Assembly (NCBI GenBank): GCA_010909165.1
Contig: MU008194.1
Location: 496,001-560,000, forward strand
Source: Anthoceros angustus
Lineage: Eukaryota; Plantae; Anthocerotophyta
Reading direction: 5' to 3'
Length of the DNA: 64,000 bases
Shown here in pieces: positions 13,001-25,850 of this stretch; within the stretch, counting starts at the first letter, position 1; every line of letters starts with the position of its first letter. Below the pieces are notes generated by a model. The model did not search any database, was not told where the DNA came from, and worked only from the letters and a program-made list of their open reading frames with translations. The translations under genes were made by a program, and so were the position numbers.

Positions 13001-13369
13001 TGCAACTATTCCTCTGAACATGAGCAAAAGTGGCGGAAGAGCGATAAGGAGGCGCGCAAGCCGCGAGATGGTCGATACAGATGGCTTCCAAAGGCTCAAA
13101 TTGAGCACAGGCGCGAGATGTGGGAGGAGACAGAGGAATTGTCCTCTCAGGAAGCACCGAAACCCGCAGAGCGGAAGGGAGTGCTGAAGATCGCGCGCTC
13201 TGAGCACCTTGAGGAGGCAAGGGTTCGAGAAAATCAGCGCCGAAAGGAGAATCGCCCGTGGAATCTCACCGACACATGTCCAGAGAGATCCATACCAAAC
13301 ATGAAGCCCGCCAAGACGGAGGGAAGGCGAATCAATGATTCGGTAGTGCGATGGAGAGCAAGTTCTGAA

Positions 13370-14265
13370 GGAATTCACTTGTTGGAATTGTGCTCAGGAA
13401 TCAGCAGCGGATTGGAGGCGGTGCTTCAATGTGGCATCAAGGTTTGCAGCTACACCTGTGTGGAAAAGGACGAGAAGGCTAGAGTCGTGGCGGTAATTCT
13501 CGGTTGTGCAAATTATTTCCATCTCTGCTAAGAGAAGACGCAGTGAGAGGTTGTCAGAGCAGGCTACCCACGGATCTGAAGCTTGTGGGAAGGAAACAAC
13601 TGCAAGCTGCCCCGTCCAGTAGATATGATTATCGCAGGATGGGAGTGTAAGACCTTCTCAGTAGCAGGAAGAGGGAAAGGCGAAGGTGTTTCCCTTGCTG
13701 CTGAGGTCGCGCGGGTTGTCAGGGAGGTTCAACTTGTGAATCCCAGATGCTGGTACATACTGGAAAACGTGTGTGGAGCGTTGGACAAGCGTCCGCCGAA
13801 CGATGTATGAGGAGGTCCGATCATGGTTCGCAATGAGCTGGTCATTGATGCGGTGTGGCTCTTACGCCGCATGTGATTCGCAGCTATTGGACCAATGTTG
13901 CGGGACTTGAGACACCGAGACAACATAACACTCATGGTTCCATCACAAGACCGTAGTGAAATCATGGAACCGTAAAGGTACTGCAAAGAAGTCAAGAAGA
14001 TGGACAAACTTCCGCTTTATCCAAAGGAATGAGTTGGTGAAGCCGGAGGGCGTGGCCGACTTTGGTAAGCACGCCACAATCCCACGATTCAAAGCGAGGA
14101 GGAGATGGCATGATCCTAGACTCAAAGGGAGAGGAGCTAGGAGAGCTCAATGTTGAGGAACGCGAACAAGCCATGGGGTTTGCCAAGAAGAGTACGCAGA
14201 CCATGGGTGTGAGTGAGGCGTCCAAACACAAGTTGCTGGGACAGGCATTCGATCTATACAATTAA
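13370..14265 (+). pseudogene. C5 cytosine DNA methyltransferase domain inside pol (frameshifted)
   Basis: Motif I LLELCSGISSG; motif II VEKD; motif IV DMIIAGWEC; motif VI ILENV; motif VIII remnant RSYWTN; motifs IX/X EREQAMGF..LLGQAFD. Confidence 0.88.
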
Positions 14266-14439
14266 GGTGGTTAGTGAGCTGGATTGGCATTTCCAAGGTG
14301 AGGTGAAGGAAAGAAGAGCCATCACTTGCAGCTATCAGAAGATGGAAAGCCGGCAGAGGCGGATGAAAGGGAAGGAACCCAAGACACGTTCGGCATGGCT
14401 GCTGTGGAAACAGAGTTTGTAACCAAGAGTGTCACCAAG

Positions 14440-17000
14440 GAGGTTCACGTATGGAAGATTGATGAAGATGTCGGAGGACAAACAAAAGATCATCGACATG
14501 CTCGAGAAAACAGAGGTGCTTTTGCTCAAATGGAATGAGCTAGGAAGGTACGAAAAGATCAAGTTCAAGATTGTTACCACTAGCTCTGAGCCTATCTTCA
14601 GAAGAAGGCATAGGTTGAGTCCAGCAGAGTGGGAGATTGTGGACAAGCGTTGTCAGGAGCTATTTGAAGCAGGATTGATTCGAAAATCAAGCTCTGAGTA
14701 TGCTGCTGCAACTGTCCTCCCACTGAAGAAGGACGAAAATGGCGAGTGGAAAGATAGGCGAATGTGTGGGGACTATCGACCTCTCAACGAAGTAACGTTG
14801 ATGGAGCGGTATCCCATGCCTACTCCAGATGAGATTTTTGATGCAATTGGTAAGGCAAAGTACTTTACCACTTTGGATTTCCGCTCAGGTTTCAATCAGA
14901 TTGTGATTGAGGAGCAGGACAAGAGCAAAACGGCTTTCTGGGGAAAGGATCAGCTTTGGGAGTGGGAGACTATGCCCTTCGGCTGAAAAATGCTTCCATA
15001 TATTTCCGAGAATTGCGACTTGAGCCGCAGGATCTGCCGTTTGTGCGTTGTTACATTGACGACATCCTAGTTTTCAGCGACACCATCGAGGAACATATGG
15101 ATCATCCGGAGACTCTGCAAAGATTGTCCAAATCAGCTTGAAAGCTCATCCAAAAGTGCAAATTTGCATTCAAGGATTGAGTATCTTGGACATGAAATAG
15201 CGGAGGAATCATGCCGCAGCTTGGCTAAGGTGCAGCCGTGATGCGTATGCCTAGGCCCAAGGATGTGGCAGCTTAGAGCATTTCAGGGTTGGTGAACTAC
15301 TACAGGAGGTTTATGAAAGACCTCAGTTCCACATGCAAACCCTTGTATGAGATGCTGAAGAAGGAGGTAACTTGGAAATGGGATCAAGAACAGGAGCTAG
15401 CCTGGCAAGATCTGAGGGATCAGTTGGCTGAGAAGCCCATGCTGATTAGACCAGACTTTGAGAAGCCGTTTGTTCTGTATACGGATTGGAGTATTGCAGG
15501 GATAGGAGCAGTACTGTCACAGACTGACGCAGAAGGAATGGAGCGAGTTGTGGCTTATGCAAGCCGATCCAACAATTCTGCAGAGGTAAACTACTCCTCA
15601 TATGAAGGAGAGTGTCTTGCTGCATTTCAGAATTTATCTGTTTGGAAGGCGTTTCCAGTTGGTGACGGATCATCAACCACTTCATTGGCTCATGACCAAC
15701 ATGAAGTTGAGCGGGAAACTGGCTAGGTGGGCATTGCTGCTGTCTGAATATGACATGGAAATCGTGCATAGAGCAGGCAAGGTGCACCACAATGCAGATG
15801 GTTTGAGTAGGAATCCACTGCGAAATGCTGACGATGCCACTGGAGCACGACAAGACTTGGGACACATGGAAAATGTGCCCAGCAGTTTCATGGCACTCAT
15901 GGCGATCGAAGGTGAACAGGAGGAGAGCCGATCTTAGAGTCCGCTGTGACATCCGAGGCATTCACAAGCGCTGTACCGCTAAAGAAGGTATGTACCTAAT
16001 GTCACAAGCGGCCATCACGGAGACGAGTGGCCAGATACTCATGGCAGGATGGAGAGTTGCTGCTACAGGAAGGAGAGGTTGTAAAGAAGGTGCCAAGTCC
16101 TGAAGAAAGGACAGGATTGTGATTAAAGTGCATGAAACACTAGGTCACTTTGGTGTAAAAGGACACACCACATGTCAAGACCACATATGGTCCGCATGTA
16201 TGCGAGATGTGGAAAGAGTGGTGGCTAGCTGCGATGCAGTGAAGGCTAGGTTTAACACACAAGATGTTGTGTTACACTCTTTACCAATCCGGGGTTTGTT
16301 TTTCAGGTGGTCGGTGGACTTGATGCCGGAACTACCATTGACAAAGCAAGGAAATCGTCACTGTATGGTGATGATTGAGCACTTCTCCAAGTGGGTGGAG
16401 GTAGCATTTCTGCCTCAAAGAACCTCATATTACACCAGCAGAGCCTTTCTGCAGTGTGTACTAAGCAGATTTGGAAGTTGTGCGGAGGTGCTCACTGATC
16501 AAGGCAATGAATTCAGAGGAGAATTCCAGACGTTGCTGGACAGAAGTCTGATTGATCACAGGAGAACGTCCAGGGATCATCCTCAAGCTGATGGTTTGGC
16601 AGAAAGGTTGGTTCAGACATTCAAGGACGCCTCAGGAAGTACTGCATCACTGTGGAACCCAAGTGCTGGGATGAATTACTTCCCTATATTGTGTTGGGTT
16701 ATAGAGTGAGTGTCAGCGCATTGGGAAGCTTTCTTTTTACATTGTTCGGAAGGAATGCAGTTTTGCCCAATGTGGTGCAGGACAAATATTCTACTCCTGT
16801 AGACTGGAGTAGGAATATGGAGGTGTGCTTACAAAGAAGTGCAAGCTAGAGCGTAAATGTTCAAGGATTCGCCCATGGCTATGGACAATCTTGCGATTGC
16901 ACACAGAGACCGATTGAGATATGCTCACACGCTGGGGCTCATGGAAGCCCAAGGCCGTGAAATTCGCACGAGATTATGTGTACCTACAACACGCAAGCAA
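14440..17000 (+). pseudogene. Gypsy reverse transcriptase, RNase H and integrase (frameshifted)
   Basis: ORFs 14429-14986, 14956-15141, 15289-15726, 15602-15937 and 16119-16709 carry the canonical motifs in gypsy order (RT-RH-INT). Confidence 0.92.
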
Positions 17001-17186
17001 GCACATTAGATGTCGACCGGGTTGATTCTCGTGGTGGTAAATGTGGGAGAGCAAGGAGTAGTGGAATTCGAAGGACGGGATGGCAGAAGGTGCAAGGAGC
17101 ACATGAAACATTTAGCTCCATGTCACTTGCCAAATCTTGATGCAAGAATTGTTCCCCAAACGTGGGTACCACCAGTCGATTTGCCC

Positions 17187-17320
17187 TGTGAGGCATGCGG
17201 GCACACCACGGATGAAGAGCTTATGCTCTTATGTGACAGGTGCAACAGAGGCTATCATATTTTCTGTCTCACACCTGCATTAAAGGATATTCCAAGGGAA
17301 TTGGCTGTGTGAACACTGTG
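17187..17320 (+). other. PHD finger at the integrase C-terminus
   Basis: CEACG..DEELMLLCDRCNRGYHIFCLTPAL..IP followed, after a frameshift, by WLCEHC: C4HC3 pattern. Confidence 0.88.
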
Positions 17321-17331
17321 ATTCAACAAGT

Positions 17332-18674
17332 TTGCATGCAGCCATGGCTCTATCTACCAAGAGTAATGAAGAAGAAGTACCTTCTGTACCTGAACAGGAG
17401 TTGGAGAGTAACACTCCAGCACAACTCGTGTTGGAATGGGTACAAGAGGAGGAGAGCTGTAAATTGCAAAAGAGGAAAGTTCCTGCGGAGCGTATCTGGA
17501 CAACGGAATTCCTTGTTGCCAAGGCTAGAAGCACCAACAAGGCAGCTCGCAAGGGTACCGCTATTCTTGAAGAGTGCTCTTCTCAGGAATCACTCACCAG
17601 TTTGCAGCAGTTGTCCAGTTCCTCTGAAGAATTTCGTGACGCCAAGACCAGCAGTGTGGAAGAGAGCACGACGCCAGAAATTCAGTCTTGCCGCAGCTGG
17701 AGGAGTCTTCCTCAGCTGGGGGGCTCGACAATCACAGAGCAAGTGCTCGCTTTCTTACAGACTGTGTGCAAAGTTGGATTACGTTGGATGGAGCGAGTTA
17801 CAACCCATATGCGGAAGCAGAAGCATACCACACAAACCCTAGCACCAATTCGCGAAGAAGGTGCAGTGGTATTTGGGTTTGAAGCACCCAAGCGCAAGAG
17901 AGGGAGGCCACAAAAGCAACGGCCAGCTGAAGAGGAGATGGAGGCTCACCAACGCAGCTTCGAGCGTGGACGAGAAGCACAAAGAAGCGTGGAAGAATCC
18001 TCGGAACCAGGCGTGCAGAGCACCACAGTTCGTGATGCAACGCCACAACGTGAGAAGGAGCAGGTGCCTGCTAGGACAAGGGGCTCGGGGAGCAGAGGAC
18101 GGTTTGCTTGCTGCACACAAGACCATGAGCAAGATCGTGCACGTCTGTGAGTTGCTGCCTTGAGGTGGTACCACCGAAAGTGTGCAAGTGTGGTAACTTG
18201 GTGCAAAGACCTTCCAAAGACGATACCAATAACAAAGGCGCAAGCAAATGGGATTTGTCACTGCAGCGGGCATATCAGCCCGAGAGGGGAATTCCTCCAG
18301 TGAGTTTTAAGGAGCTTAGCGAGTTCCTATTGTATGTGGAGGCGCACCATGAGCGGTGTCGAGTGGAGTTTTACCCCACAGACCACCGTGATTTGTTTGA
18401 GTTGCACAGAAGAGGACTCCGGGCCATGTCTTGGACATGGACAGCCTACTGTGAAGGAGCCTGGCGCAAACTGCAACATCATTTCTTCATGCATCAAATG
18501 TTTGATGGTTTGAGGTTGCCCAAGGAGCTGATCATGTGGGAAGACAGGGTGCCAGAAAGGTTAGTATACTTGAAAGACAAAGCATCGCTTTTCCATCACC
18601 TCAAGACAAGCCACACCGTTGTTGGATGGCCTGGCAATTTATCGGTCAGCATAAGTCAAAATCCCTTACATTGA
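17332..18674 (+). other. Extra 3' ORF(s) of unknown function in gypsy family 1, with an AT-hook-like KRKRGRP
   Basis: Overlapping ORFs 17332-18150 (272 aa) and 18147-18674 (175 aa), same strand, inside the element borders. Confidence 0.45.
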
Positions 18675-19308
18675 GCAAACAACATGGGATTCAGCGGACA
18701 GGAAGGCATTTCGGTTGCTGCGCAAGCTTGCAGCACCACACATGACAATTCATTGCCCCAAACCTGTTTTTGATTATCCGTAGTATGACAAGGCCAAGGA
18801 CGAATTTTGCTTGCCGCATGTAGTCCTATTCTTGACAGTTTGTCAGACTTGAGTCAAGCCTGAGGAGATCAAGCCCGAACCTATTGAGGAATCGGATGAT
18901 GAGGATTTAGAGAGTGATGCAGATCCTCCACCTAACCTCACACCTGCAGAGCGCCTGCAGAAAGGATGGTTTGGTCTCTCGTAAGTTCTGTTTTCAACTA
19001 CTGGATTGTGGCTGATTTTGATGTGGAAAAGCTGTGGGTTTTTATCCCCAGATTTTCCAGGGGGGCTGTTCGCGGCCGGAGGCTATTTGTGCCTCCCTCT
19101 GCCCTTGTTCCTTGGCCAAGGCCAGGAACTTTACAGTCCTTCCGGCCCAAGGCCAAGGACGAATTTTGCTTGCCGCATGTTGATCTCGCACATAGAAAAT
19201 CGCGGCATTATGTGCCATTGCGCCGATGTGCTCGCGTTATAGATTATTATTAATCCCCAAGTCTGCGGGTGTCACCTGGTGAAGGCAAGGACCAAGAACC
19301 AAAGAGTG

Positions 19309-22090
19309 TGTTAGAACTTGGTCTCCTCGCATACCAAAAGTTTCGTAGGAATCTCATAAACCTTATAGGATTGGTGCAACACATCTCATATTAGAGTTAT
19401 GAAAATAAGTCCTAGAAGTATATAGGACAATCCCGGGATCGAGATAGGGTTCATACTATCCAGAGTATGACAAGGCCGGCTATATATCATAGCACACCAT
19501 TTCTAATGTACTGAACTTGGGACTTACTATTTTCTAACATGGTATCAAAGCATAGTTCAGGAGATGCGTAAAGTATTCTGCACCACCCTGTGTGGGACTG
19601 TTGCCACTTGCCTTCTATTGCATTTGTTTGTAGCTATGCAGACAAAGTGTTTGTGAAAGCTTGTTTGCAATTTTGTGAAGCTTGGTAGTAGTTTTGGTGC
19701 GAGGAACTTTTGTCTCGTCTTTACACGGCTTCCAAAGGCGTGCATTTGGAGACTAGGCGTCAAGTGGAGAAGTTTGATGGCAGGAACTTCACATTATGGA
19801 AGTTGAAGTTAAAATCTCTTCTCATTGACAAAGGATTGTGAAAATTTGTGGAAAATGGACTTCCAGATGGCACTTCTGAAAAGGATATAGATAAGGATGC
19901 GAAAGCCTTGGCTAATATTATCTTGAATGTGTCAGATGACGTTGTCTCACAATTGAGTAAGTGTGTCTCTTCGCAGGATGCATGGAAAATTCTGTGCACA
20001 ACGTACGAGAAGACGTGCATTGTAATCGAAATGCTGCTTGAAAGTCAATTCTCCAACTTCAAGATGCAACACCATTCAACAACATGTCAACAAGTTGAAA
20101 AGCTTGGTTGATCAAATGAGAGAGGCAGAGATCAAACCTTGAGAGGGCAAGGTGATTAGTGTGCTTTTGAGTAGTTTGCCACCATTCCGTAGGCAATTTT
20201 TATTGTCTTATAGGGCATCCATAGCGATGCGTCTAAGTGATAATCAACCAACCTTTGATGAGGTGGTTGGATTGCTCCTACAAGAGGAGCTTGATGGTTC
20301 TTTCCAGACACAAGGCAACAAAGGCTCGGCACTCTTCTCCAAGAAAAGCATATCACGATGGAAGACCTTGCAAGGCAAGTCTACAGAAGGGACAAAGGAT
20401 ATAAATGCAAAGAGAACGGTGAAAGGCTTTTGCTATTACTGCAGGAAGCCCAATCACCACACAAAGGATTGTAAAACAAGATTAGCAGACTTGAAGAAGG
20501 GGAAATCATCCCAACTTGAATGTCCACTTGGATCCTATGCATTTCCTTCCGTGAGGTAGAGGAGTGATTACCCAAGTTTTGTTCTTGAGAAGGGAGTTAT
20601 ACTAACTGTCCACGGTTTCTTTCCACTCCTTCGCCTTTAGTCCTTCCAATGCTTTCCTTAGGCTTTGTGATTCGCCAGCATTTGCCAACCATGCCTCCTC
20701 ACACACATGCATTCATAGATTCGAAGATCTTATGTGAAGGTTTTTATTGTCTTCTTAATCTTCTTAAGATTGGTTATGTCTCTCGAATATTTCGATCTTC
20801 CTTTTCTTCTTCAACTGTGACAATTTTTTGATTTTCATCTTCTACTTCAATTGCGACATTGGGAATTTCCCTTTTTCCCTTTATGTCGCGTTGTTGAGAA
20901 GGTTCTTTAGGCTCAAGAGCAGGTTGCTCAAGAGTGTCATCATGCTTAGAATCCTCATCAGGATTTTCAACATACGCCGTCGGATCCTACATAAAAACTA
21001 CTGGGGTTGGAGCTCCCACTCCTTTGCTAGGTACCACAACCTCATTAAATACAACGTCCCTGCTAAAAATGATCATCTTCCTTATAAGATCATACAACCG
21101 GTATCCCTTAACCTCATTAGAGTATCCAAGCATGAGGCACTTGATGCCTTTCGGATCCCATTTTGTTCGGGTTTGCTTCGGAATGTGAGCATAAACCGTT
21201 GAACCAAAGATCCTCAAATGGCTTATGTCAGGCTTGATGCCAGACCACGCTTTCTCTGGGGTCATTCCAACAAGCTTTGGTTGGAACTCGATTCAAAACA
21301 TAGGTCGCTGTAACAACAGTCTCACCCCAAAAACGTACTTCCAAGCCACTATGATGTAACATGCATTTAGCTGCCTCCACCAAGCTCCTAAGTTTGCGCT
21401 CCGCCACTCCATTTTGCTTCGACGTGTGAGGAATGGTTAACTAGTTGCCTTCCAATTCCATGCTCCTTGCAAAAGCATTGGAAGCTAGTGGAGATGTATT
21501 CCCCTCCATTGTCACTGCGCAAAGTCTTTAGACGTTATCCACTTGCGTTCTCCACCATGGCTTTCCATTCCTTGAAGAGCATAAATACCTGAGATTTCTC
21601 CTTCATAAGATATATTTAGATCTTCCTTGTGAAGTCATCCACAAACACCAGAATGTAGTCTTCAACGACAATCAAGGTTGAAGACTACATTCTACACCAA
21701 GAATGCTACTTTTCACGTGAGGACGAAACACATTGACGTAAAGCATCACTTCATCAGAGAGAAAGCTCAATCCAAGGAGATAGAGCTAGCGTATTGTCTC
21801 ACTGAGAACATGCCTGCAGATATTATAACCAAAGGTTGACTTTAGAGAAGCACGTTAAGTTTAGCAAGATATTAGGTTTAAAAGAGTAGTACTGATGTGT
21901 TGACTGGAAATGGAAAAAATCTATAGGATTGGTGCAACACATCTCATATTAGAGTTATGAGAAAAAGTCCTAAAATTATATAGGACAATCCAAGAATAGA
22001 GATAGAGGGTTCATACTATCGAGGTATGACAAGGCCAAGGGCTATATATGTATCCATAGCACACCATTTTTAATGTACTGTTTTCTAACC
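19309..22090 (+). mobile_element. Internally deleted and rearranged Ty1/copia element
   Basis: 5' LTR 19309-19539 (TG..CA); PBS-Met TGGTATCAAAGC at 19540; gag VEKFDGRNFTLWK and CYYCRKPNHHTKDC; integrase ([24 protein letters not shown]) inverted on the minus strand at about 20600-21660; RNase H tail RTKHIDVKHHFIRE; partial 3' LTR about 21922-22090. Confidence 0.9.
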
Positions 22091-22205
22091 TAGATATGTG
22101 CACATGACGCGGGTTTTGAAAAGCATGGAGCCCACCCACCAAGCGTTACAACCAAAGCAATGCTACACTCAGAGGGCCCCGCTTGCAACTCTTCGTGGGT
22201 GCAAG

Positions 22206-22268
22206 GAGCCAGATCCAGAGCCAGAGCCAGAGCCAGAGCTAGAGCTAGAGCTAGAGCTAGAGCCAGAG
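22206..22268. repeat. Hexamer microsatellite (GAGCCA/GAGCTA)n
   Basis: About 10 units upstream of phytocyanin gene A; a shorter array at about 26260-26286 in the paralog. Confidence 0.9.
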
Positions 22269-22367
22269 GAAGGAGGGGGATGACTCGGCCGGATGGGGCA
22301 TTTGTAGAGGCGGTCCTTGGCCTTGCAAGCCAGTAGCAGTGTATCGATGCACTGTGAGAACTGGAAA

Positions 22368-23215
22368 ATGTCCCGGGTAGGATTCCCGCTGCTGGTCCTC
22401 GCCATTGCTCTTTGTTGTGTGTGTTGTGTCTCGGGAGCTGGTTCTGAGATCACGAGCAATTGGTACTTGGTGGGAGGAGGGCAACTCTGGACCGTCAATG
22501 TTCCTGTGCCCAAAACTTACTTCCAGGATTGGGCTGACCAGTACAAGTTCTTCGTGAATGACTCGATCTGTAAGTGTTTTGGTTACTCGCCGTCCATGAA
22601 TACCTGTTGGCTACATTTGGCATCGTCTCCTAGTATTGCTCCAGACACACCTACGGGACGATACTGATGGCATTCCAAGGGTTTGTAATTGCATGGCAGT
22701 TTTCGTTCCTGCTAAGGGCTCAAGCGCTAAGGGACCCATTCAAGTCAGCCAAACCAATTATGGAAGCTGCACAGCTCTCAACATAGAAACAGGCAATTCC
22801 GTGTATGTTAACAATCTCGGGCTCTACCGAGCGGATTTCGTGTCGACGGGTAACACCTACTACATTGACAAAGATTCTGCGAGTTGCCAAGCAGGGTTGA
22901 AGTTTCAGGTGAACGTTCTGGCAGCTTCTGCACGGAAGAATGGCCTCCTCTTCAATGCTGCCGGCTCTGTCCACAACTATCTTCCTGCATTTGGTAAGTT
23001 ATCTGGAGTGGAAGGCTCTTGTAACTTGGTTCATTCTGTAAGGTTCATTCTTACTTGGAAAGACCAAGGAGGATGTCTGTTGCCACCAACATACTCACTT
23101 GAAAGTTGAGAGGAACGGTAAAGCATCTCATCAGGAGTTGTGCTGTGGTGCAGGGGCAGGTATGGCCGCCTTCGCTTCAATGGTCCTTCTAAATGCCTGG
23201 AACTTTGCGATATGA
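22368..23215 (+). CDS. Small secreted, probably GPI-anchored phytocyanin/ENODL-like protein (copy A), 3 exons
   Basis: Signal peptide; YLVGG..W..TYFQDWADQYKFFVNDSI; GNTYYID...SCQAGLKFQVNV; hydrophobic tail GAGMAAFASMVLLNAWNFAI with stop at 23213-23215. Copper ligands absent. Confidence 0.85.
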
Positions 23216-25030
23216 GGGATTCCGAATCATAGCACTGACCAGTCTGTGTGCTTAACGTAGAGGAATGTAGTGATGGAAGTCCTTCACTTTCCTCACTTCA
23301 TACATGTAGTCTGTGGTCATGAGCAAATCTCACCTGTTGTCCATCGCATAATTCATGTAGTTTTCTCCCACATCACACGCCATGTGGCACATTTGCCTGT
23401 GTGAATCTTATACCTCGTTCCTGAAATATGTACGGATTGGCAGACGACCGCGGGAATGTTGCGCTCTGGCACTGCGTAAAGGTTCAATTTCAAGCATGCC
23501 CTGTTGCTCCGAGCACCCGCTGAGTACGCGTGTCTGTTTTCCTTCCACATGTGGTAGGAGGAAACACTTTGATATCTTCGCTTTGCATATCCTCAGTATT
23601 CCTGCGGCGTTTTTGCTAACCAGAGGCTTCTCCCTAACTCCTGACGATGTCCTCCAGCTGCATGGCACAAATCGGAAGTGGCTGCCAAGCAGCTTCTATA
23701 TTTGTGCATTGGGCTTCAGGCTTGTCCAGAAAGGCCTTACATGGCCAGTTTCCGAGGACTGGCATAAAAGGACACATGACAGACACGACTCCGACGCCTT
23801 CTGGGTACATATTATCTGTAAAGGTCAAGTCAGCCATATGACTGCAAGAGGTCAGCTAGGTAGGCTGTACTACTGCCACTGCCAGAAGCGATGAACATCA
23901 TTCCTCCTCGCCCGTTGTTACAACGATCTCCATTGAAAACGGTGCGCGCGGTTGACCTAGTAGATGCTGAAAGACGTATTTAATCTGACCACTCGTATTG
24001 TAATGGGTGGTTTCTGCAATATATTACTACTTTTGGAAAATTTTTGTTTTATTTTTTAGAGTAATTTTCTAATTTAACTGTACTTGTTTACTTTGCAAGC
24101 TAATTGCATTTTTGCGATGAATAGTTGTAAATTGCATTGCAAGTTGCAATTCTCCAACTTTAAAGCATGATCGGATACCTATCAAAGTTGTCAGGCTATT
24201 TGAGGCGGATCTCCGTTTGTACTAAGTGCCGACAAGCGTGCCGGCACGACGGCCGCACTGTCGCTCTGGCGCGTATACTGGAGGACCGAGTCACTCAAGA
24301 ATCCTTGGGATTTGCTCGCTTTGAAGCAAAGCAATGAAGGAAGATGGCTTGAAGCAGGGCTCATCATGCTGCTCATGTCAACTTGTCAACTTGCCCGAGA
24401 CGGTGCCCTGATGGCGGCCTTCAAGGCGTTTCAAGATGGCTGGGGGAGTGAGAAAGCATGCACTACATATATCATATCCATGCTCATGTGGATGTCAGGG
24501 TGGCGGGGCCCTCTGCGTTTGCTTTGGTTGCAACGCTTCGCTTTGGTTGCAACGCTTCGTGGATGTGATCGGATACCTGTAAAAGGTTACAAAGGTATCG
24601 TCAGAAGCTAAGGCTGGCAAAGGTCAGAGGCTAATAAGGCTGGCAAAGGTGTCGGCACGACGGCCGGATTGACGCCCTGCTGTCACAACACTGAAGGACT
24701 TTGAGGAGTCTCACATTATCCTTGGATCTCACGCTCGCTTTGAAGCAAAGCAAAGAAGGAAGTAGCCGGTGGGAACCAGCGGTCATGCGGCTCATGTCGA
24801 CTTCCCCAACACCTATTACAATGGGGTGAGACCAAGTCCCCCTCGCCCTCGGCTTCGCGGCTTGCGTCCTTGGAGCTGATTCTGGTTTAATCTTTACCCA
24901 AGTGTATGCTCCGGGAGCACACTATTACAAAACACTGTCTTGAGACACATATTAAGACGCCCGAAAGACAATGGGCGGTGCCTTAAGACGTGCTCCCTGA
25001 CATCGGAACACGCCTTTGTAGTGTCTTTTC

Positions 25031-25850
25031 GAGGCACGTTTCCAGCTTCGATGAGCAGTCTCTCAGCCCGGCAAATACTCGACCTCAGGGAAACCAACGT
25101 AGAGGGATCCATTCCTGAAGGGTTTGCGAAGTTGTCATAGCTCAAGGAGCTTGATATCTCGTCTGCCCGGCTGAACGGAACGATCCCAAGCAATCTGCTG
25201 GAAAATATGAATTGTTGCTGGAGAGGTTCATTCTCCAAGAAAGCCAGTTGGAAGGTACTGAAACATCTCCCTTACCTGTTCTGATGTCAAGTTTATTCTG
25301 CACCTTCCAAACTTTGCATGCGTGGATGCGGAGTCCTAATGCAACACCTTGTCATGTGAACCGCAATGCCAGGCCCAATTCCAGAGAGCACATGGAACTC
25401 AACCAAGCTAAAGACCTTGGGCTTACGAGCAAATGCCTTGTTTGGTCCTATACCAACCAGTTTGGGCAATTGCAAAGATTCGTTCTCTTAGACTTTCAAG
25501 AGAACCAGCTTTGGGGAAGCATTCCCATGGAGCTTCAGCAGCTTGTGGGTCTGCGCGTGTTGAACCTCAGAAGAAACAATCTACTACAGGCACTTCTGCT
25601 CTTCACTGATGCCATTCCAAGGTGAGAGTTTTACTGGCCTAAAGGGTTTGCAAAATGCAACGGTAGATTCGGATACGGAAAAGACTTCTTTGCATGGAGA
25701 CGTCTATTTTCCTTTCAATCCGGAGGCACTTGGTTATCTCCTCAAGGCAAACACAGTATTTGATGTGTCATCTAACCATCTAGTGGGCTCCATCCCACAC
25801 GAAATTGGCGGTCACTATGGTTTGAGAGCGCTCACCTCTCCCACAATGAG
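25031..25850 (+). pseudogene. LRR receptor-like protein fragment (plant extracellular LRRs plus island and C-terminal LRRs)
   Basis: LDLRETNVEGSIPEGF, LDFQENQLWGSIP, FDVSSNHLVGSIPHEIG; stops and frameshifts; 5' end overlaps in homology with 31750-31864. Confidence 0.8.

Larger units (their letters stand above)
10017..19227 (+). mobile_element. Decayed Ty3/gypsy LTR retrotransposon (family 1): gag-PR-DNMT-RT-RH-INT-PHD plus an extra 3' ORF
   Basis: CCHC knuckle CKACGRWGHIEAAC near 12065-12105; LVDTGA near 12685; RMCGDYRPLN, YIDD, LYTDWS, LTDQGNEF, PQADGLAER. Borders defined by the empty paralogous site at about 26125-26145. Starts with TGTCA; no matching 3' LTR seen. Confidence 0.88.

Noticed and set aside
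23330-23900. Minus-strand gene fragment duplicated at 27320-27810
   Set aside because: Contains stops and no recognisable domain; explained as part of the duplicated block.
23935-23961. Helitron-like 3' end (GC-rich stretch plus CTAG|T)
   Set aside because: The hairpin pairs poorly and no 5' TC end could be identified.
24168-24804. Short diverged direct repeats (about 140 bp)
   Set aside because: No termini, TSD or coding signal; treated as decayed repeat.
24920-25023. CACTA...TAGTG mini-element
   Set aside because: TIRs match only partly (CACTATTAC versus CACTACAAA) and there is no 3-bp TSD.
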